In this document: positions 1-9,082 of the stretch, piece after piece
Layout of the letters: each line of letters opens with the position of its first letter
Position numbering within the stretch: the stretch's first letter is position 1
Source of the DNA: Escherichia phage vB_EcoM_RZ
Strand: one strand, 5' to 3'
Sequence record: MW598459
Length of the DNA stretch: 64,000 nucleotides
Notes under the pieces: model-generated
What the model saw: only the letters and a program-made list of their open reading frames with translations
Database searches by the model: none
What the model was told of the DNA's origin: nothing
Position numbers and translations under genes: made by a program

Positions 1-112
1 GAAGCGTTACATACGGCTCGCAGGGCGGAGCCGGGCGCGCGGTATTCGGAAGTTCACCTTCCTGGGGAGCAACGGGCACAATTTACGGCTCATGGTTATA
101 GTACATAAGCGT

Positions 113-120
113 TATAAATA
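113..120 (+). promoter_or_regulatory. T4-type late promoter -10 box (TATAAATA) upstream of the holin gene
   Basis: Exact TATAAATA about 19 nt upstream of ATG 139, followed by SD AAAGGAG; T4 late genes use this box with gp55. Confidence 0.5.
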
Positions 121-138
121 TCTTTAAAGGAGAAAAGT

Positions 139-792
139 ATGGAACCAAAAGTAGGAATATCAATACCCGACCTACTTTTTGGACTTCTTGATAGAATTTT
201 TAAAGATAATGCGACCGGGAAAGTTGTTTTTTCCCGGGTACTAGTTATTGTTCTATTATTTTTAATGGCGGTAATCTGGTATAAAGGTGATGCACTTTTA
301 GATGCGTACAGGGATGCTTCATATGCCTCATACACTGAAATGATAAGGCAAGACCAGGATAACAGATTTAAAATTGCAGCTATCGAGCAAATCCAGATAG
401 TCCACTCGTCAAGTGGGGCAGACTTTACAGCAATATATTCTTTTAGACCAACTAACCTTAACTACTTTGTGGATATGGTGGGATATGAGGGAATATTGCC
501 TGATACAGTCGACGAAAAAAATTTAGGTGGGTTTCCAATAGATAAAACTTCGGCGGAATATTTGGCGGGGGTTAACGGTAATTATTTTGAATCCAGCACG
601 GAATCTGTATTCTTACCAACAAAGAAAAAAAGCAGCTTCTCATATATGTTCAGCTGCCCATTCTTTAATTTGGAAAACGTTTATGCAGGCACAGTCTCGC
701 TGTACTGGTATAAGCAAAAACCTAGCCTTGGTTTTGATAGGCTTTCTGCTATGTGTGGACAAGCAGGTCGTACGCTTGGGCGTACACGTTAG
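139..792 (+). CDS. t: Holin / lysis-inhibition protein T
   Basis: 217 aa; N-terminus ...DLLFGLLDRIFKDNATGKV... and overall pattern match my recollection of T4 gpT (218 aa); strong SD. Confidence 0.88.
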   Translation: MEPKVGISIPDLLFGLLDRIFKDNATGKVVFSRVLVIVLLFLMAVIWYKGDALLDAYRDASYASYTEMIRQDQDNRFKIAAIEQIQIVHSSSGADFTAIYSFRPTNLNYFVDMVGYEGILPDTVDEKNLGGFPIDKTSAEYLAGVNGNYFESSTESVFLPTKKKSSFSYMFSCPFFNLENVYAGTVSLYWYKQKPSLGFDRLSAMCGQAGRTLGRTR

Positions 793-1064
793 AATCCGGA
801 GGTATACATCATAAGATAACGGTGTATATCTTCGAATCCTTCGTTAAATTGTTCAATGATTTGTTCAATTTCATTTTCAGATAAACTTTTAAACAACTTG
901 TTAAACGATACATTGTTTAACTCATTACCATTCTCATTCCTCAATCCCAACTCATTCAAAAACGCGATAAACACATCACGCTTCATCGTAATATCTTCCC
1001 GGTCGGTTTTAATCAAAATTGAAGTTACAGTAACAATTTCAGAAACGATTTCAAATTTAGTCAT
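789..1064 (-). CDS. asiA: Anti-sigma70 factor AsiA
   Basis: 91 aa; ...VTSILIK..REDI.....FIAFLNE...FNEGFE..YRYL.MYT matches recalled T4 AsiA (90 aa); position next to t as in T4. Confidence 0.85.
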   Translation of the reverse strand: MTKFEIVSEIVTVTSILIKTDREDITMKRDVFIAFLNELGLRNENGNELNNVSFNKLFKSLSENEIEQIIEQFNEGFEDIHRYLMMYTSGF

Positions 1065-1122
1065 TTTAATTTACTCAAGTATTCAATAAGACATTCAATT
1101 ATTCAGTAAGGATATTGTACTA

Positions 1123-1287
1123 TTATTCCTCTGGGTTGTACACATGATTTTCCATCTGTACAACATATTCCTGATACATCTGTTCAACTGGTTCCTGGAA
1201 CTTAAAATCAGCTCCAAGGAATTCCTCAAAGCAAGCCTGCTCGCGTGTACGCTGACCAGTGACGGTGTTCTCTAAGTTATGACTCAT
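1123..1287 (-). CDS. Small acidic hypothetical protein (54 aa, not in ORF track)
   Basis: My own translation MSHNLENTVTGQRTREQACFEEFLGADFKFQEPVEQMYQEYVVQMENHVYNPEE; fills gap between flanking genes. Confidence 0.35.
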   Translation of the reverse strand: MSHNLENTVTGQRTREQACFEEFLGADFKFQEPVEQMYQEYVVQMENHVYNPEE

Positions 1288-1376
1288 AGTGATTCCCTTT
1301 GTGCTTCTGCTTACGTTTGGACTGCATTTTGGTTTTCTTCTTGTCCTTATGGACAGACGCCTTATTGAAATCGTGC

Positions 1377-1655
1377 TTAGCTACCAGATTGTTCATGCAA
1401 TTTCCTTAATTGATATTCAAGAGAACTAATAATTTCTTTATTGGTTGCTATATACATATCACGTAGGAAGGGTTTCAGACCTTCTCTAACTCTATACGTG
1501 TTATCACTAATATTCTTTATATATTCATGGTCTAAAGCATCCCAAGCCGGCTGGTTAACATAAGTTCCCCAATTGTCTTCCATCATGGTGTTCAGACGTT
1601 TGATATGATTGATATGGTTTTCGATTGCATCAATCTGGAGTTGTTTAAGGTTCAT
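1377..1655 (-). CDS. Hypothetical protein (92 aa); possibly arn by position only
   Basis: ORF in minus-strand array between asiA and motA; same length as T4 Arn but sequence not recognised. Confidence 0.4.
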   Translation of the reverse strand: MNLKQLQIDAIENHINHIKRLNTMMEDNWGTYVNQPAWDALDHEYIKNISDNTYRVREGLKPFLRDMYIATNKEIISSLEYQLRKLHEQSGS

Positions 1656-2143
1656 TAATAAAGGTCCTCTGAATAAAGTTCTTTTTCACTACCGCCACGT
1701 TCAATACGCACCTGATTTGCATAAGTCGCAATAATCATCGCTTCTTCACGGGTCCAGTAATTGCTGTATTGGTCAATGAACCCTTGGTCGTCACCACAAA
1801 CATGGTCTGACACAAGTTTATCACTTACCTGGTCAAGCACTTCTGCCATATCTTTTGAATAATGTCTGGCACCAGGAATAACCAGAGTCCCACCATCTTT
1901 TAACTTAAAGCGGTTGGCTGCACATACAATCCGTCGCTGATATTTTTCATTATTGTTCCAATGAGCAATCTGCCAACAGATTTCAGGAACTTCTTCTAAA
2001 ACATCCTCTTCCGTATATTCGGTGTAGTCACCATAGGCCTGTAATTTAGCTGCTAGACTTTCGGGCGTCTCACGAGAAAGAGCTTTATCTAATAAAGCCA
2101 TTCGGTCTTTAAAGGATAATTCTTTACCTTTTAATGGATTCAT
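1655..2143 (-). CDS. Hypothetical protein (162 aa)
   Basis: ORF abutting neighbours head-to-tail, stop/start overlap. Confidence 0.45.
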   Translation of the reverse strand: MNPLKGKELSFKDRMALLDKALSRETPESLAAKLQAYGDYTEYTEEDVLEEVPEICWQIAHWNNNEKYQRRIVCAANRFKLKDGGTLVIPGARHYSKDMAEVLDQVSDKLVSDHVCGDDQGFIDQYSNYWTREEAMIIATYANQVRIERGGSEKELYSEDLY

Positions 2144-2499
2144 TTGACAATTACCTTATAGCCTTTAACTTTAGAAAATGATTGGATTTTGGAACCGGTT
2201 TCTATCAACATATCTTCATTAGAAGAAGATAGCATTATATCCACGATTTGACCTTTACCGTATGGGTTGATAGAAACTTCTTCCTTGGCAATCATAGCTA
2301 AAAATCTATTTAACTGCATACCAAATTCAAGAGTCACTTCATGAATACGAAGGTTAAGCTGGTATACTTTCTTAACACCGTTAACTAAGGAAGCCATTTC
2401 GTCCCATGCATTACGTTGTTCTTCGCGAGGCTCTTCAATCAATTTAAGGGAATGGCCTTCGCCATCCCAATTTAGTTCCATAGGAATCATTTGAACCAT
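2140..2499 (-). CDS. Hypothetical protein (119 aa)
   Basis: ORF with ATGA-type overlap to downstream gene. Confidence 0.45.
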   Translation of the reverse strand: MVQMIPMELNWDGEGHSLKLIEEPREEQRNAWDEMASLVNGVKKVYQLNLRIHEVTLEFGMQLNRFLAMIAKEEVSINPYGKGQIVDIMLSSSNEDMLIETGSKIQSFSKVKGYKVIVK

Positions 2500-2819
2500 C
2501 CTTTAACACGTTGCCACAGACTTTTCTGTTGTGCTTTATTAACACCAATTGAGCGAATAACTGGTTGTGATTCCTGGTATTCTTTGTAGTCAGCTTTATA
2601 TACTTCATATGCTGCTGGAACAAAGGCACCAATCGCTGCCATGAAGTTCTTGCGTGCACCAAATGGAGCTACTGCATCATCCTGACGATGGATAAGATAC
2701 TGACCAGCTTTGACCTTGACAATAGTTCCAAGGTAAGCGCCATGATACCAAACATCCCAACCCTCTTGAGTAGGTTCTACACAAGCGCGCAATTCATTAA
2801 TAATATTCAGCTTATTCAT
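2487..2819 (-). CDS. Hypothetical protein (110 aa)
   Basis: ORF in minus-strand array. Confidence 0.45.
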   Translation of the reverse strand: MNKLNIINELRACVEPTQEGWDVWYHGAYLGTIVKVKAGQYLIHRQDDAVAPFGARKNFMAAIGAFVPAAYEVYKADYKEYQESQPVIRSIGVNKAQQKSLWQRVKGWFK

Positions 2820-2826
2820 AATTTCC

Positions 2827-3435
2827 TCACTTTAAGATGTTAATAACATGTTGAATGTTTTCAGTTGACATAACGTTGTCAATGTAGGTATTCAATCCAC
2901 CCACTTTAACGCTAAATCCCACGTCTGTAAACTGTTTTACTATCTTTTGTTCAGTATTATACGCATGTACGCGAATCTGACCATCACGACGAACATCAAT
3001 CTGTTTTAATGTCTTGACACGCTTGAACTTCACAATCAGATTGCTGCGGTCTTCTGAAATGCTCTTAAAGTCAATACCAATAGACAACAATTGCTCTTTG
3101 ATATATTCTGCAGTCGCTTCCATTTCATCAGTGACACCGCGCTTTGTTCTTGTCTTCTTCACTTCCAGAAGGTCAGGATTATTTTCATTCGCCCAAAGTT
3201 CAGCTGCATCCAGAATAAGGTCAACACCCTTTTCTGTAATCATCAAACCATCACCAGAAGCTTCAACATAGTTGTTATTCAACAAGGTCTGCACACTATC
3301 AATTGATGTGTTCTGCTGGTCTAAAACAACCTCTGGACTCACGAAGTTGTTTTTGTATACAAACACCAGAGCATTGACATCAGTCTCATGCAGCGCGTTC
3401 TGGGAGCATTTAACGATATAATTTAACTTGTTCAC
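2827..3435 (-). CDS. motA: Middle-transcription activator MotA
   Basis: 202 aa; M.K..YI.K.S....SGDGL.IT...ENNP.LL..TR..R...QKFTD.G.S.K pattern matches recalled T4 MotA; adjacent to gene 52 as in T4. Confidence 0.75.
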   Translation of the reverse strand: MNKLNYIVKCSQNALHETDVNALVFVYKNNFVSPEVVLDQQNTSIDSVQTLLNNNYVEASGDGLMITEKGVDLILDAAELWANENNPDLLEVKKTRTKRGVTDEMEATAEYIKEQLLSIGIDFKSISEDRSNLIVKFKRVKTLKQIDVRRDGQIRVHAYNTEQKIVKQFTDVGFSVKVGGLNTYIDNVMSTENIQHVINILK

Positions 3436-3437
3436 AA

Positions 3438-3665
3438 TTATCCCTTAATAGATTTCATATAATTTGATGCATATGATTGTACCACAGTACGTTTCATATG
3501 GGAAGTAGAAACAATCACATCAATCGCTTGTTTACGTTCTTCTTTGGAGTTTGCCAGTTTGAACATATCAAAGTAGTAGTAACAAGCTTCTTTGTTAGAT
3601 TTGAATTTAGCGTTGATGTATTCTTGACCTTCATTCTGTTGTGCAGTAAACATTTTATTCTCCAA
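3438..3665 (-). CDS. Hypothetical protein (75 aa)
   Basis: ORF downstream of an early promoter, SD GGAG. Confidence 0.45.
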   Translation of the reverse strand: MENKMFTAQQNEGQEYINAKFKSNKEACYYYFDMFKLANSKEERKQAIDVIVSTSHMKRTVVQSYASNYMKSIKG

Positions 3666-3695
3666 AGTTTTTGTGATTCATTGTGTAACTCAGTA

Positions 3696-3731
3696 TGGAA
3701 TCATTATGCAGTGGGTCAAGGGGATTGTACA
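3696..3731 (-). promoter_or_regulatory. T4-type early (sigma70) promoter
   Basis: Minus strand TGTACA (3731-3726), 17 nt spacer, CATAAT (3708-3703), then conserved leader GATTCCATACTGAG. Confidence 0.55.
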
Positions 3732-3739
3732 CTACTTTT

Positions 3740-3770
3740 TTAAAATAAAAAAGGACCCCGAAGGGTCCTA
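3740..3770 (-). terminator. Rho-independent terminator downstream of gene 52
   Basis: Hairpin GGACCC-CGAA-GGGTCC followed on the minus strand by a T-run. Confidence 0.6.
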
Positions 3771-3862
3771 GTCTTTATCTATCTTATTACCAATAAACAT
3801 ACCAACAATCACACCTGCGATTGCCGCAAAAATACAAAGCAATGCAAACTCAACTCCAAAAC

Positions 3863-5194
3863 TCATAGAGCCTCCAAATCATTAAGGTATTCAGTTTTAA
3901 CATCAGTTGTCTTCCAGTACTCATGCTCAGCTTTCTTAGCCTTTGCTTCGTCTGCAAGCTTCTTGGCTTCATCAGAGGTCATATGGTAGATGTTCATCGC
4001 CACTAACTTCTCTGCATAATCGCCATATATTTCACTCGCCTGGAGTTCCTCAATCAACTTCTTACGAGGTTTCCCTTGGATAACAACCTTACCGTCAATC
4101 ACTTCTTTAATAAAGAAGACTTTTGCCCGGGCCAGTTTAAACGCTGCTTCAGTTTCTTTAATCTTACTGTCAATTCGCACTTGAACATAAGTCTTACGAA
4201 CATCAACGAAATCGCGAATCAGGTCAAGCGTGTTGGTGTATTCGGCCAGTTTGCCTTTGTGATTAAGCACCGTTAAGTTCTGGGAGAGCTTCTCAATCAG
4301 ACCAAAGTCTTTCATGATTTTCTCATGATTTTCTTGTTCAGTACCATCCAGCTTGTATTCTTTGCGGAATTTAATCTTAAACCCAAAACCATGCTCGCCA
4401 CAGTTATCTTTCCAGGTGATAAAACCTTTCTCTTCCAGCGGGTCCAGGATTTTACTTGTATACTTTTCCAGGTTCCATTGGACCGGAATTTCAGTAATTT
4501 CCATTTGGGTCCTGGAAGTCATTTTGTATGTGCCATGAAGCTCATACTTACCAGGCTCTTCCAGCTCAACCACTTCACCACGGAATTCTGGATATTTTAC
4601 TTTCGGAGCAACCGGCTCACGACCTTCCACGATAGCTTTAACAGCTTCCTTGACGTCCTGGAACGAATGAGGAAGAATATCAGTAGCGAAGCCAACAGCA
4701 ATCCCAGAAGTGGCGTTAAGTAATACAGTAGGAATAACAGGAAGATAAAAAGCAGGAGGCTTATGTTCTTCATCAGGATGGACCGGAGCATATTCTGTAT
4801 CCTTAAACAAGTTATAAAAGTTCTTTGAAACCCTTGCGAATACATAACGAGCTGATGATGCTTCTGGCACCATTCTGGAACCAAAGTTGCCTTGCCCATC
4901 AAACATGGGGTATTCATTTTTATATGTTGCGACCAGACCAGAAGTTGCTTCTTCCGCTGATGCTTCGCCGTGGTGATAACCATAATCAGCTACGCCACCT
5001 GCGATGGATGCAACTTTATGGAATTTATTCTTATCACCACGAGCCAGGTCTAATGCTCTCGCCATAACAAATCTGTGAACTGGTTTAAAACCATCAATCA
5101 TGTTTGGGATGGCACGACCTTCCACAGTGTAGATAGCATATGACAATGCTTCCACGTCAATAATGTCTTTTAAATCACGTTTATTCAGTTGCAT
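3863..5194 (-). CDS. 52: DNA topoisomerase II medium subunit (GyrA-like)
   Basis: 443 aa; matches recalled T4 gp52 (442 aa). Confidence 0.93.
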   Translation of the reverse strand: MQLNKRDLKDIIDVEALSYAIYTVEGRAIPNMIDGFKPVHRFVMARALDLARGDKNKFHKVASIAGGVADYGYHHGEASAEEATSGLVATYKNEYPMFDGQGNFGSRMVPEASSARYVFARVSKNFYNLFKDTEYAPVHPDEEHKPPAFYLPVIPTVLLNATSGIAVGFATDILPHSFQDVKEAVKAIVEGREPVAPKVKYPEFRGEVVELEEPGKYELHGTYKMTSRTQMEITEIPVQWNLEKYTSKILDPLEEKGFITWKDNCGEHGFGFKIKFRKEYKLDGTEQENHEKIMKDFGLIEKLSQNLTVLNHKGKLAEYTNTLDLIRDFVDVRKTYVQVRIDSKIKETEAAFKLARAKVFFIKEVIDGKVVIQGKPRKKLIEELQASEIYGDYAEKLVAMNIYHMTSDEAKKLADEAKAKKAEHEYWKTTDVKTEYLNDLEAL

Positions 5195-5335
5195 ATTTTT
5201 ACCATATCAGTGAATGTACTGCCATTATAGCATCAGAAATAAAAAGCACAACCTGCACTAATGCAAACATAACTCCATAATACAGCGCTACCAATAAGGC
5301 AGCAAGGGCTAATGAATAGCCCAAGATTTTCTTAA

Positions 5336-5500
5336 TCATTTATTAACCGCTGATTCCAGAAATTTGACTAAGGCATCCAGTACAAACCATGTGCAAATAA
5401 ATCCTGCAAAAAGAGTACTTGGGACCCATACACCTGTAGCAAAAAGAGTCACAGCAACGATAACAGCTACGAGCCAGATAAAAGTAAAAACTGTTTGCAT
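5336..5500 (-). CDS. Small membrane protein (possibly ac-like)
   Basis: Hydrophobic 54 aa from internal Met (MQTVFTFIWLVAVIVAV...); position between 52 and stp. Confidence 0.4.
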   Translation of the reverse strand: MQTVFTFIWLVAVIVAVTLFATGVWVPSTLFAGFICTWFVLDALVKFLESAVNK

Positions 5501-5507
5501 ATTTTCC

Positions 5508-5588
5508 TCAAGGGCGTCCAAAGACGCCAGTTAATTTCAGATTATGACGATGCCATTGCATCACATGTTCATTATGGAAATTACTCAT
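5508..5588 (-). CDS. stp: Stp peptide (activator of the host PrrC anticodon nuclease)
   Basis: 26 aa, my own translation [26 protein letters not shown]; near-identical to recalled T4 Stp; too short for the ORF track. Confidence 0.85.
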   Translation of the reverse strand: MSNFHNEHVMQWHRHNLKLTGVFGRP

Positions 5589-5589
5589 A

Positions 5590-6039
5590 TTAATAGCTCT
5601 GTAGAATGAATTTAAAGTTATCAGCAAGCATGCGATTCATTTCTGAAAGGGTCTGGCAATCAGAACTATGCGAGCGAGTGAACGCCATCGCAATTTGACC
5701 TTTACCATAACCAGTTGTCAGAGGTTTCATTTTAGAAACCGGGACAAACAGGACTTCATAGATAACCCCATTGTTCGCCATTGTGCGAGACAGTTGAGAA
5801 CGCTGTTTGCGGATGTGACTTAATACAGTGTCAAACCCTTGTTGTGAACGTTGGTTACCAACATAAAAACGTGCGGCAACAATACGTGATTCGCCTTCAC
5901 CTTTGACCACGAAATAAAAACCTGGTTGGGTGATAGCTTCTTTAGTTGGACGACCCGCAACATAATTACCATTATGGATGTAAGCAATAGTGGTAGCGCC
6001 AGCATTCAGTACGTCACGACGAGTCATGTAAGTAGTCAT
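5590..6039 (-). CDS. ndd: Nucleoid disruption protein Ndd
   Basis: 149 aa; ...[28 protein letters not shown]...MKPLTTG.GKGQ.A.AFTR.H.....[14 protein letters not shown] matches recalled T4 Ndd. Confidence 0.9.
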   Translation of the reverse strand: MTTYMTRRDVLNAGATTIAYIHNGNYVAGRPTKEAITQPGFYFVVKGEGESRIVAARFYVGNQRSQQGFDTVLSHIRKQRSQLSRTMANNGVIYEVLFVPVSKMKPLTTGYGKGQIAMAFTRSHSSDCQTLSEMNRMLADNFKFILQSY

Positions 6040-6075
6040 ATTAATTTCCTCAGTAAGTTAAAGTTTTGTGCTCCA

Positions 6076-6114
6076 GTGGGGTCATTATACTCTGACCCCA
6101 AGAGTTTGTACACT
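6076..6114 (-). promoter_or_regulatory. T4-type early promoter upstream of ndd
   Basis: Minus strand TGTACA, 17 nt, TATAAT; 44 bp identical to 17711-17754. Confidence 0.6.
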
Positions 6115-6457
6115 ATTTTTGTAGCTGTTCTAAAATAAATCCGCTGGTGTAAAGGCTTGCATTATACAGGCGGTCAAGAGACAACGAATCCAATCTATAA
6201 GCTTCACGAATTGCATTAATAACACTTTCATAACTTGTATAATAAACATCACGATAATCGCGGTCCATAGTCATGCGGAACTTAATAAATTTGTAGAAAC
6301 CAGTTTCAGGGTCCTGATAGAATGCAAATTCTGCAGACATCAAATTTTTAAGGTTAACAGCTTTTGTGCCACCTGAATAACTTAAATCAAATGCTTCTGA
6401 TATGCTAATCTGTTTAAAGAACATAATGTTGCGATTACCAAAAAATACTTTAGACAT
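6113..6457 (-). CDS. Hypothetical protein (114 aa)
   Basis: ORF in minus-strand array. Confidence 0.45.
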   Translation of the reverse strand: MSKVFFGNRNIMFFKQISISEAFDLSYSGGTKAVNLKNLMSAEFAFYQDPETGFYKFIKFRMTMDRDYRDVYYTSYESVINAIREAYRLDSLSLDRLYNASLYTSGFILEQLQK

Positions 6458-6467
6458 AATATTTTCC

Positions 6468-6671
6468 TTATTCAGAAATAGCCATCAGTTCATCAAAAGT
6501 AAGACACTGTACACTAGGACCTACGCAAAAACGCTTAGTTGAATCATTGAGGTATGTAGCATTAACAGGTTGTAATTCGGTCCCAACTTGGGAAGGAGAA
6601 ATACGAATAAGTTGTTGGCCATTATGCAATAGAAAGCTCTCACCGACTACTACATCTTTAAAAAGTTTCAT
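6468..6671 (-). CDS. Hypothetical protein (67 aa)
   Basis: ORF in minus-strand array. Confidence 0.4.
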   Translation of the reverse strand: MKLFKDVVVGESFLLHNGQQLIRISPSQVGTELQPVNATYLNDSTKRFCVGPSVQCLTFDELMAISE

Positions 6672-6688
6672 AATATTTTCCTCAGTAA

Positions 6689-6835
6689 TTAAAGAATTTC
6701 TTCAATTTGAATGTATTTGCTATAACCTTCCTCAATGAGGATATCACGAGCACAATCAGCACTGATATAAGCATTAAAGCTAAGGGTTTTAATCACTTTA
6801 CCATGCAGCTTTACTTTATAAATTCGATTACCCAT
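6689..6835 (-). CDS. Hypothetical protein (about 48 aa from internal Met)
   Basis: ORF 6689-6877 trimmed to the Met preceded by SD GAGGA. Confidence 0.35.
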   Translation of the reverse strand: MGNRIYKVKLHGKVIKTLSFNAYISADCARDILIEEGYSKYIQIEEIL

Positions 6836-6845
6836 AATATTTTCC

Positions 6846-6956
6846 TCAGAAGTTAAAGAATACGCGTACATGGTCAATCATAAAAACAATTGGGAAAATG
6901 CTCAGGACAACAAACAGTACAAACATGTTCCAAATGGCTTTAAGTAACTTTTTCAT
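6846..6956 (-). CDS. Small hydrophobic peptide (36 aa, not in track)
   Basis: My own translation MKKLLKAIWNMFVLFVVLSIFPIVFMIDHVRVFFNF; preceded by leader box and GGAG. Confidence 0.3.
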   Translation of the reverse strand: MKKLLKAIWNMFVLFVVLSIFPIVFMIDHVRVFFNF

Positions 6957-7101
6957 AATCATCTCCAGTAGTTGATAGGTTCATTATACTACAACCACTG
7001 GAGATGTACACTCTTTTATGCAAGGTTCAATAATAATAAACTAAAACAAACGCAAATTACTGGGATACACAACATCCAGATAAGGCACCACGTTTTGCTA
7101 C

Positions 7102-7446
7102 TCATAATACTATCTCTTTTATTTCCATAAACCCATCATTCAGTGCATGGCGGAGTTCATAATGAATATCTATACCATCGACATTATCTAATTTACCGTC
7201 GATAAGTTTTTGTAAATCTTTTTTTGATGCTAGCAAAGGACGAAGAAATCTACAATTAGAAAGGGATAATTCCGTAATAACATCATCACCTGATGCATCG
7301 TACATGGCAGCAACAACTTTACCCGTAACTTTGTGTTTAGCGTAATATAATTTGATATCCATTTTGTTTTCCTCATGCATAACGATTGTATGTATTTTTG
7401 CGACATGCGTAAAATTGACGCTCAGTAACTGCAAAACTTTTTCCAC
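7102..7446 (-). CDS. Hypothetical protein (114 aa)
   Basis: ORF in minus-strand array. Confidence 0.45.
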   Translation of the reverse strand: MEKVLQLLSVNFTHVAKIHTIVMHEENKMDIKLYYAKHKVTGKVVAAMYDASGDDVITELSLSNCRFLRPLLASKKDLQKLIDGKLDNVDGIDIHYELRHALNDGFMEIKEIVL

Positions 7447-7559
7447 GCTGTTGCATTAATTTAAAAAATTCAGTAATATCGCCATTAACTTCAAGATATA
7501 AAGTCATTGCATATTGAGCAGGTTTCATTTTATTCTCCAGTCTGTTTGGTAACTCAGTA

Positions 7560-7600
7560 TGGAATCATTATACATAGACTCCATACTGATGTACACTACT
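7560..7600 (-). promoter_or_regulatory. T4-type early promoter
   Basis: Minus strand TGTACA, 16 nt, TATAAT, leader GATTCCATACTGAGTTACC. Confidence 0.5.
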
Positions 7601-7606
7601 TTTTAA

Positions 7607-7972
7607 TTAATTGTGCATTTGTTCTTTAACTTCTTTATATGCGCCAACTGCATTCACGACCCCAGTAAAATCTGCAGTCCCACGATAGAGATAGAATGCA
7701 ATTTCAGTCAGGTGGTATACTTCAAATTCTGAAAGATAAATGATAACGTCATAATATGCAACTTGACCCTGGACTTCGTTGAATACCACATCAAAAATTT
7801 CATGGGTTGGAAAATTAATGTTGTTGTTTTTGAGTGCTTGGATAAGAATTTGTTTGATGTTGTGAGTAGTAACGTGTTCCATGATAATGTCCTCATTTGT
7901 TGGTATGAGGACATTATTACACAGTTGGTTCAGCTTGTAAACCGGTGATAGGGAAATTTTTCTTCTGAACAA
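7607..7972 (-). CDS. Hypothetical protein (121 aa)
   Basis: ORF in minus-strand array. Confidence 0.45.
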   Translation of the reverse strand: MFRRKISLSPVYKLNQLCNNVLIPTNEDIIMEHVTTHNIKQILIQALKNNNINFPTHEIFDVVFNEVQGQVAYYDVIIYLSEFEVYHLTEIAFYLYRGTADFTGVVNAVGAYKEVKEQMHN

Positions 7973-8523
7973 GAACGGAGGTACCAGCCATCCCCTTGTG
8001 ACTTCTGCACAAGACCAGACTCAGGAACGAAAGCACCAGGCCCAGCAAGGAATTTTGGTTTAAATCTATAACCTTTGAGAGTCTCTTTTACATTAAACAT
8101 AATCATAAGGTCAGCAAGTTTGTGCTGCATAAAGGGACCAAGATTAACCCCGTAACCATGTGGATAATCGCCCTGGTGGCCAGTATGTACGGATATCCAT
8201 TTGGAACCAGACTGATGAGTCTTGACTTCGATTCTTACCCCTTCCTTCGAAACTACATCAAATGCAAAGGAATAAGGATTATCGTAATCTTCATCACCGC
8301 CACATAAAAAACCGGAGGTCCATTTAGCAATAGCTTGTTCAGCCATTGTAGCCACCATACATCTTTGCATGACTTGCTCACGGTCCTGACCCGGGTCTTT
8401 ACGCAATGAATACCTGGCTGTATCTACAATCTTTTGTAGGGATTCGGGGGTTAAGTCTTCCTTTGTATAAAGAAAGGAGGGCATCTTTTTCAGATGCTCC
8501 CATGTTTTACTCTTCTGAATCAT
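7930..8523 (-). CDS. Hypothetical protein (about 198 aa); denB-like by position only
   Basis: ORF 7930-8607 trimmed to an internal Met so it no longer overlaps the upstream gene; no motif recognised. Confidence 0.4.
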   Translation of the reverse strand: MIQKSKTWEHLKKMPSFLYTKEDLTPESLQKIVDTARYSLRKDPGQDREQVMQRCMVATMAEQAIAKWTSGFLCGGDEDYDNPYSFAFDVVSKEGVRIEVKTHQSGSKWISVHTGHQGDYPHGYGVNLGPFMQHKLADLMIMFNVKETLKGYRFKPKFLAGPGAFVPESGLVQKSQGDGWYLRSCSEEKFPYHRFTS

Positions 8524-8527
8524 CAGC

Positions 8528-8848
8528 TCATCCTTTAAAATACATATCGGATTTTTCGACAATATCCAAAGAATTTTGCTCAGCTTGCTCTTGATAATCA
8601 CTGCCAATATAAACTTTGTCTACATGAACGACACCATAATAAATTCTGGCACTTTCGGCTAGAGTAGAACGGTCCAGACTACGAAGTTCTTCTTTCGTTG
8701 CAAGAATGATGTCTCTCGCATATAACCGGCCAGTTGACTTTGTGGAAGCATAATGACAATCAACACAATAAACAATATCTGCAACATGATTACCATGCAA
8801 CCGGATTTCGTTAATAGATTCATCGCCAACGTTCATATAGTTAATCAT
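8528..8848 (-). CDS. Hypothetical protein (106 aa)
   Basis: ORF in minus-strand array. Confidence 0.45.
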   Translation of the reverse strand: MINYMNVGDESINEIRLHGNHVADIVYCVDCHYASTKSTGRLYARDIILATKEELRSLDRSTLAESARIYYGVVHVDKVYIGSDYQEQAEQNSLDIVEKSDMYFKG

Positions 8849-8851
8849 AAT

Positions 8852-9049
8852 TTATTCACCAAAATAAGAGATACGAACCGCCAGTACATGAACATAAGCG
8901 CCCATCGCATCTAACTGGGCAATCAAAAGACCTTGTTGACGAGCATCGAGAGTTTCAAAAATACCGCCTTTAATAAATTCTTCAAGAGCATTAATTTTCA
9001 AAACCAACTGGTCATGTTCTTCAATTACACGTGCTTGGAAACCTAACAT
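8852..9049 (-). CDS. Hypothetical protein (65 aa)
   Basis: ORF in minus-strand array. Confidence 0.4.
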   Translation of the reverse strand: MLGFQARVIEEHDQLVLKINALEEFIKGGIFETLDARQQGLLIAQLDAMGAYVHVLAVRISYFGE

Positions 9050-9082
9050 AAAGCCTCATTAGGGGCCGAAGCCCCGATTAAT

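Noticed and set aside
9060-9080. GGGGC-CGAA-GCCCC hairpin between rIIB and the next gene, and a similar one at 40688-40706 between 44 and 45
   Set aside because: Neither is followed by a T-run on the transcribed strand, so I did not call them terminators. They may be intercistronic stability or RegA/RNase sites, but I cannot support a specific function.
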